A stretch of DNA of 64,000 nt from an uncultured Pelagibacteraceae bacterium (GTDB taxonomy: Bacteria > Pseudomonadota > Alphaproteobacteria > Pelagibacterales > Pelagibacteraceae). The notes under the pieces were generated by a model. That model was not told the DNA's origin and ran no database searches. It was given only the letters and a program-made list of their open reading frames with translations. The stretch is from positions 1,014-65,013 of the forward strand of contig CACIML010000001.1 of the NCBI GenBank assembly GCA_902587735.1. Direction: 5' to 3'. Positions 57,055 to 64,000 of this stretch are shown here, piece after piece (position 1 is the stretch's first letter; every line of letters starts with the position of its first letter). The translations under genes were made by a program, and so were the position numbers.

Positions 57055-58179
57055 CTAAGAGATTACTTGTCGATGATATATTTTAGAACTCATTACTACA
57101 CTAAATCCTATCATTGTTGCAAGCATTGAAGATCCGCCATAAGACATAATTGGCAAAGGAGAACCAACTATAGGTAGTAATCCTAAAACCATGCTCATAT
57201 TAACTGTTATATAAATAAAAATTGCTGAAGCAAAACTGTAACAAAAAAGTTTTGCAAAAAAACTTCTAACAATCGATCCAATTCTTATAATTCTAAAAAC
57301 CATAACAGCATAAACCAATAAAAGAATAACTGAGCCAGTAAATCCATGCTCTTCTGAAAACAATGTAAATATAAAATCGGTATGTTTTTCGGGTAAAAAT
57401 TCTAAATAACTTTGTGTTCCTTTCAAAAAACCTTTGCCAGTAAAGCCACCTGAACCTACAGCAATTTTTGACTGTATAATTTGATAGCCAGCACCTAAAG
57501 GATCTCTTTCAGGATTAAAAAAAGTCAAAACTCTTAATTTTTGATAAGGCTCTAAAAAAGAAATTATAAAAGGCATTGAAACAAAAAAAGCTAACAAAGA
57601 ATAAACAAAATATCTTAGATGAAGTCCAGCAAGCCATAGAACAATAAGTCCACTCAAAGCTATCAAAATAGAAGTTCCTAAGTCAGGCTGACTAGCTACC
57701 AAAAGTATTGGCACTACTAGTATTGCAAATGGAATTAATAAATTTGAAAAATTATTTACACTGTTTGCTTGCATTCGATGATAAAATTTTGCATAAAAAA
57801 GTATTATTGCAATTTTCATTAATTCAGATGGCTGTAGATTTATAAAATATAAATTTATCCATCTTTGAGATCCTGATGCAGTGACTCCATACAAAGATGC
57901 CCATATCAATAAACCTAAAACTATTACATAAAACAAATATCCTGTAGCATGCCAAAATCTAATATTAAGAAAAGATAAAAAAATCATCATAGTAAAAAAA
58001 ACTATCAATCTTATGATGTGACTTTTGCTATGATATAGTAGTTGACCTCCATCAGTTGAATACATTGAAAATGCACTTATAAATCCTATTAAAATTATAC
58101 AGATTAATAAAATATAATCAAAAGATCTCACCTTTTGAAAAAAAGTTAATTGATCAGAATATGAAGTTTGTTGAAACAT
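57055..58179 (-). CDS. rodA: Rod shape-determining protein RodA
   Basis: QRWI, LQPSE, QPDLGT, GYQIIQS, LPEKHTDFIF, SYGGSS. Confidence 0.95.
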   Translation of the reverse strand: MFQQTSYSDQLTFFQKVRSFDYILLICIILIGFISAFSMYSTDGGQLLYHSKSHIIRLIVFFTMMIFLSFLNIRFWHATGYLFYVIVLGLLIWASLYGVTASGSQRWINLYFINLQPSELMKIAIILFYAKFYHRMQANSVNNFSNLLIPFAILVVPILLVASQPDLGTSILIALSGLIVLWLAGLHLRYFVYSLLAFFVSMPFIISFLEPYQKLRVLTFFNPERDPLGAGYQIIQSKIAVGSGGFTGKGFLKGTQSYLEFLPEKHTDFIFTLFSEEHGFTGSVILLLVYAVMVFRIIRIGSIVRSFFAKLFCYSFASAIFIYITVNMSMVLGLLPIVGSPLPIMSYGGSSMLATMIGFSVVMSSKIYHRQVIS

Positions 58180-60150
58180 TTATATTTTTATTAAATCTTG
58201 ATTTTGTATTTTTTCTCTTAACTCATGCCTGTCTATGATTAATTTAAATAATTTTTTTGCAATAGGTGCGGCAGTAGTACTTCCTGATCCACCATGTTCA
58301 ACAATAATGCTAACTGCATACCTAGGATTTTTATAAGGACCATAAGCAATATAAAGAGCATGATCCCTTTCTTCATAGGGAATTTGACTTATATGTAAAT
58401 CTAGCTCTCTTGCTTTTTCTGTGATTTTTTTTACTTGAGCTGTTCCTGTTTTACCTGCAAATCGATATTTTGGATCATCTATTCTTGATCCATAAGAAGT
58501 GCCCATAACTTCATTGGTAGAAGCATACATAGATTCTAATACAAACTTAACATTTTCAGAATTTCTATAGAGAGGAAGATATTTTTTATTTCCAATATTT
58601 AATAATTCTTCAACTTTTCTTATTGGCGAACTGTATTTTTTTTCTTTTCCTTTATAAGCATTTTGCGCCATTTTATACTTAATATTTGCTAAACTTTCTT
58701 GATTTTTATCTACTGTTATTCTCGGATAAATTTTAAATCCTCCATTTGCTAGTTGTGCTGTCATTAAACATAATTGAAGAGGAGTAGTTTGGATATAGCC
58801 TTGTCCAATACCTGTAATTAATGTCTCACCCAAAACCCAGCCTACTCCAAGATTTTCTTTTTTCCATTTTGTACTAGGAACCAAGCCTTTTTTTTCATTG
58901 GCTAAAATGCCATTTAAAACTGTATTACCAAGACCAAATTTAAATGCCGTTAAATTTAATCGATCAACACCCAACTTTCTTGCTGTCTCATAAAAATATA
59001 TGTCACAGGATTGTTTTATTGCATTTCTTAGATTCATAGTTCCATGACCTTTTTCTTTCCAGCAATGATAGGTGTGTCCATACATTTCCATTTTTCCATT
59101 GCAATAAACTTTCTGATTTGGCGAAATCACATCATTTTCTAAAGCTGATAATGCCACTAATGGTTTTATTGTTGATCCTGGAGAGTATAATCCAGATACA
59201 GTTTTATTTATTAAGGGTTTTAAAGGATCTTCTCTGATTTCCTTCCAATCTTTTGTACTTATGCCGTACAAAAATAAATTAGGATCAAATGATGGTGATG
59301 AGTGCATTGCAATTATTTCGCCAGTATAAATATCCATCACACTGATTGATCCAGATTTTTCAGCTAGCAATTCATTTGATAGTTTTTGTACTTCTGTGTC
59401 TAAGGTTAGTCTTATATTTTTTCCTTTTTCTCCTTCTTTGTGATCTAATTGATTTATTCTTTTGCCATAAGCATTTACTTCATATCTTTGTATTCCATTA
59501 GTTCCTAACAAATCATTTTCAAAAGTTTTTTCTAAACCTATCTTTCCTACTCTTAATCCTGGAACATGATTTTTTTTAATTGTTTCATTTAAAATTAAAT
59601 CATTTTCACTTGCTTGGGCTACGTATCCTAATACATGGGTAAAATTTTTCTTAAAGGGATAACTTCGAGCAACAGATAAAACAGGTTTAGCTCCAACTAG
59701 CTCATGTAAATAGAAATTAATTTTAGAAAATTGATCCCAGTTTAAATTTTCAGAAATAATTAAAGTTTCCCATGGTTTTTGACTATTTTTCTTTTTAATT
59801 ATTTTTGAAAATTGCTTATCATTTAGTTCTAAAATATCTTTAAGTCTAAGCATCAAGTATTTAAAATTTTCAACTTGTTCTGGAACTACGTGTAGTTGAT
59901 AAACTTTTAAATTTCCTGCAATCACATTTCCAAAATAATCAAAAAACTGACCTCTAACAGGTGGAAGTCTCCATTCTCTTAAACGATTTTTATCTGAAAG
60001 AGTTAAATATTTTTTGTTCTCATTTATTTGTAGTGAAAAAAGTCTTGCCACTATTCCAGTAAATACTACAGCTTTAGCTGCTGAAATAATAAACATTCTT
60101 CTATTAATTGTATTAAGTTTTTTAAAAGTTGAATCCCCACCTTCAAACAT
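58180..60150 (-). CDS. mrdA: Penicillin-binding protein 2
   Basis: PGSTIK (SxxK), SCD, KTGT. Confidence 0.95.
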   Translation of the reverse strand: MFEGGDSTFKKLNTINRRMFIISAAKAVVFTGIVARLFSLQINENKKYLTLSDKNRLREWRLPPVRGQFFDYFGNVIAGNLKVYQLHVVPEQVENFKYLMLRLKDILELNDKQFSKIIKKKNSQKPWETLIISENLNWDQFSKINFYLHELVGAKPVLSVARSYPFKKNFTHVLGYVAQASENDLILNETIKKNHVPGLRVGKIGLEKTFENDLLGTNGIQRYEVNAYGKRINQLDHKEGEKGKNIRLTLDTEVQKLSNELLAEKSGSISVMDIYTGEIIAMHSSPSFDPNLFLYGISTKDWKEIREDPLKPLINKTVSGLYSPGSTIKPLVALSALENDVISPNQKVYCNGKMEMYGHTYHCWKEKGHGTMNLRNAIKQSCDIYFYETARKLGVDRLNLTAFKFGLGNTVLNGILANEKKGLVPSTKWKKENLGVGWVLGETLITGIGQGYIQTTPLQLCLMTAQLANGGFKIYPRITVDKNQESLANIKYKMAQNAYKGKEKKYSSPIRKVEELLNIGNKKYLPLYRNSENVKFVLESMYASTNEVMGTSYGSRIDDPKYRFAGKTGTAQVKKITEKARELDLHISQIPYEERDHALYIAYGPYKNPRYAVSIIVEHGGSGSTTAAPIAKKLFKLIIDRHELREKIQNQDLIKI

Positions 60151-60661
60151 TTTGACTTCCGAAAACTAATTTTTGATATATTTGAAATAGATTTGCACAA
60201 ATAATATAAATTAAAAAAGTAAATATTAAATTTACTATTAAATTATTGTAATCTAAGCTGAATGAAAAAAATAAAATTAATATTGAATATAACATTGTAT
60301 TTACTACTAATATTGTTGCTAAAAAAAACATCCAATCTTTAACTAAAGTTGGATTTAAAATAATGTTTCTAAAATAAGCAGCTGAACCACAAATGAATAA
60401 GTAAGCTAAACTGCTAATTCCCATTGGAAATCCTACAACTACATCATTTATTAATCCTGCAATAAAAATAAAACCATAACCTAAGCTTTCAGCTTTTTTT
60501 AAACTCCAGTAAAAAATTAAAACAAAAGGAAAATTAAAAGAAAAATATTTAAGTTCTAAATAATTAAAATCAAACTCATTTAATACTGATATAAAAAGCA
60601 GTAAGATTGGAGCATATCTTAATAATTTATTGCTGATTGTAATTTTTGAAAATTTTACCAT
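60143..60661 (-). CDS. mreD: Rod shape-determining protein MreD
   Basis: Hydrophobic; GLIND...G.PMG; operon position. Confidence 0.8.
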   Translation of the reverse strand: MVKFSKITISNKLLRYAPILLLFISVLNEFDFNYLELKYFSFNFPFVLIFYWSLKKAESLGYGFIFIAGLINDVVVGFPMGISSLAYLFICGSAAYFRNIILNPTLVKDWMFFLATILVVNTMLYSILILFFSFSLDYNNLIVNLIFTFLIYIICANLFQIYQKLVFGSQNV

Positions 60662-61515
60662 TAATTATTCTCTTCTTTTTTAAAAGATTTTATTTTAACA
60701 AATCGTAATTGTGAAAAATCTGAAAAAAAATTAACTTTATTTTCTTCTTTTAATTCATTTTTTTCAATTTTACCTATTGGTATTCCGGCTTTAAATAAAC
60801 CTCCGGCACCTGAAGTATAAACTGTGCTCTTACCTTCGATTAAATAATTATCTTTAAGGTACTGTAAAGTTCCATGGTTTTTACCTGTTCCTGAAAGAAT
60901 TGATTGAAAAGAACCAGGTTCAACAATAACTGGAATTTTGCTATTTAAATCAGATAATAATAGAACTCTTGAAGTTAAATAATTAACTTCAACTACTTTT
61001 CCGATTAAATAATTTTTGTCTAAAACTGCCATTCCAAGTTTTATATTATTTTTACTTCCTTTATTGACTATTAAAGATCTTAAAAAAGGACTATCCTTAT
61101 CTATTATAATTTTTGCAACTACCTCATCAGATTCTGCAACATAATCATCAATTATTTTTTTTAATCTTTTATTTTCCTCAATAATAAATTGATCAACAGT
61201 TTTTTGTGAATTTAGTTTTTCAATTTCAGATTTAATTTCGAAATAATCATTATAAATAACAAAATGACTTTGTATGTTTTGATAAGTTTTTTTTAAATAA
61301 TTTTCAGGAACTGAAACAATAAATGATGAGCGGTAAACTACCTCTCTAATTACAATTTTTACTTGGTTAATTGGTTCAAAATTTATTTTTCCTAAGAACA
61401 AAAATATTAATGATAAAAAAATTAAAAAAATTAATGAAAATCTTTGTTTATTTCCTTTTTTTAGAAAAGCTGAACGGATAGCTATTACAAAATCATCTCT
61501 GCTAGCTGTGTCCAT
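60661..61515 (-). CDS. mreC: Rod shape-determining protein MreC
   Basis: EENKRLK, NKGS, LIGKV, SKIPV, TSG.GG.F.AGIPIG. Confidence 0.92.
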   Translation of the reverse strand: MDTASRDDFVIAIRSAFLKKGNKQRFSLIFLIFLSLIFLFLGKINFEPINQVKIVIREVVYRSSFIVSVPENYLKKTYQNIQSHFVIYNDYFEIKSEIEKLNSQKTVDQFIIEENKRLKKIIDDYVAESDEVVAKIIIDKDSPFLRSLIVNKGSKNNIKLGMAVLDKNYLIGKVVEVNYLTSRVLLLSDLNSKIPVIVEPGSFQSILSGTGKNHGTLQYLKDNYLIEGKSTVYTSGAGGLFKAGIPIGKIEKNELKEENKVNFFSDFSQLRFVKIKSFKKEENN

Positions 61516-61521
61516 AGTATT

Positions 61522-62559
<1,038 letters not shown>

Positions 62560-64000
62560 CTATATTCCTTTCATTTTTTCATTTTTTAAATTCTTTTTTA
62601 TTTCTGTGCTGTCAGGAGCAAAGTTTCTTTTTCTTTTTATAATCATTTTATTCAGAGCATTAATATAGGCATTTGCTGATGCAACTAAAGTATCCGTATC
62701 AGCTGCTTGACCGACTGTAGTTTTTCCTTCTTCTTCAATTCTCACACTTACGGTTGCTTGTGCGTCCGTTCCTTCTGTTACAGCATGTACTTGATAAAGT
62801 TGTAAAGTAACATCGTGCGGATATAATTTTTTAATAGATTTAAATATTGCATCAACAGGTCCATCACCTGTCTCAGAAGTATTTTTAATTTCTCCATAAA
62901 CTTCTAAAGTCATTTCTGCTCTTTGAGGTTCGCCAGTTCCAGCAAAAACTTTTAATGATTTAAGAATAATAACATTGTCGTCTTTAATTAAACTATCATC
63001 AACTAATGCTACTATATCCTCATCATAAATATGTTTTTTCTTATCTGCTAAAACTTTAAATTTTCCAAATGCTGTTTGAATAACATCATCAGTAACGTCA
63101 ACATAACCTAGGCTAACTAACTTATCCTTAAATGCATGTCGTCCAGAATGTTTACCCATAACCAAAGAGCTTTGTTTAACTCCGACACTTTCTGGTGTCA
63201 TAATCTCATAAGTGTTTCTATTTTTAAGCATTCCATCTTGATGAATACCTGCCTCATGAGCAAAAGCATTTTTTCCAACAATTGCTTTATTGAACTGAAC
63301 AGGAAATCCTGTTGCATTTGAAACTACTTTTGAAGCTTTGCTTAGTAATTTTGTATTTATGCCTGTTGAATATGGCATTAAATCACTTCTAGTTTTCATA
63401 GCCATTACAACTTCTTCTAATGCAGCATTACCTGCTCTTTCTCCAATTCCATTAATTGTACATTCAATCTGTCTAGCTCCTGCCTGTACTCCAGCTAATG
63501 AATTTGCTACTGCTAAACCTAAATCATTATGACAATGTGTTGATAAAATTGCTTTATCAATATTTGGAACTTTATTTAGTAAAGTTTGAATAATTTTTGT
63601 AAACTCAGATGGCACTGTATAACCTACTGTGTCTGGAATATTTATTGTTTTTGCCCCACACTTAATTGCAAGCTCAACAGTTTTACACATAAAATCCATA
63701 TCAGTTCTAGTGCCATCTTCACATGACCATTCTACATTATCAGTAAATTTTCTTGCATAAGTTACATGTTCTTTAACTGACTCATAAACTTGTTCTGGTG
63801 ACATATTTAATTTATGCTTCATATGAAGTGGACTTGTTGAAATAAAAGTATGAATTCTAAATCTTGGTGCGTGTTTTAAAGCTTCATAGCATCTATCGAT
63901 ATCTTTTTTTGAGTGTCTTGAAAGACCTGCGGGAATAGAATTTTTTAAAATTTTACTTATCTCAGTTACCGCTTCAAAATCACCTGGAGAAGCAATTGGA
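62560..64000 (-). CDS. leuA: 2-isopropylmalate synthase (5' end outside window)
   Basis: FISTSPLH upstream in frame, PDTVG, HCHNDLG, GIGERAGNA, HQDG, GKHSG, GPVDA. Confidence 0.95.
   Translation of the reverse strand, partial: PIASPGDFEAVTEISKILKNSIPAGLSRHSKKDIDRCYEALKHAPRFRIHTFISTSPLHMKHKLNMSPEQVYESVKEHVTYARKFTDNVEWSCEDGTRTDMDFMCKTVELAIKCGAKTINIPDTVGYTVPSEFTKIIQTLLNKVPNIDKAILSTHCHNDLGLAVANSLAGVQAGARQIECTINGIGERAGNAALEEVVMAMKTRSDLMPYSTGINTKLLSKASKVVSNATGFPVQFNKAIVGKNAFAHEAGIHQDGMLKNRNTYEIMTPESVGVKQSSLVMGKHSGRHAFKDKLVSLGYVDVTDDVIQTAFGKFKVLADKKKHIYDEDIVALVDDSLIKDDNVIILKSLKVFAGTGEPQRAEMTLEVYGEIKNTSETGDGPVDAIFKSIKKLYPHDVTLQLYQVHAVTEGTDAQATVSVRIEEEGKTTVGQAADTDTLVASANAYINALNKMIIKRKRNFAPDSTEIKKNLKNEKMKGI

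Overview
AT-rich alphaproteobacterial chromosome segment, most consistent with SAR11/Ca. Pelagibacter (inferred from composition, compact operons and protein families). Housekeeping and catabolic genes flank it: an ABC transporter/monooxygenase operon, proC, grxC and msrB on the left, and rodA-mrdA-mreDCB-leuA on the right. Between them lies an ~48 kb surface island. It holds a complete type IVa pilus system (pilA, pilBCQPO, a pilM-pilN fusion, pilT, fimU-pilVWX-pilY1, pilD), an Rsb-like partner-switching module (two Amt-PP2C fusions, a GAF-PP2C, STAS and RsbW) and three autotransporter-like genes. Strongest unexplained signals: (1) an array of 11 extra full-length pilin genes in both orientations; these and pilA all carry the DNA motif TATARTGGGTATAC at the constant/variable junction, and two tRNA(CAT) fragments lie within the array, suggesting a pilin cassette-exchange system; (2) an integrase arm-like domain fused to PilM, directly downstream of a 560-bp region with eight partly phased 11-bp repeats and two IHF-like sites; (3) ammonium-transporter-phosphatase sensors wired to a partner switch with no sigma factor in the window; (4) autotransporters whose barrel is followed by a coiled coil and a transmembrane helix. 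All calls come from reading motifs by eye; no database search was run.
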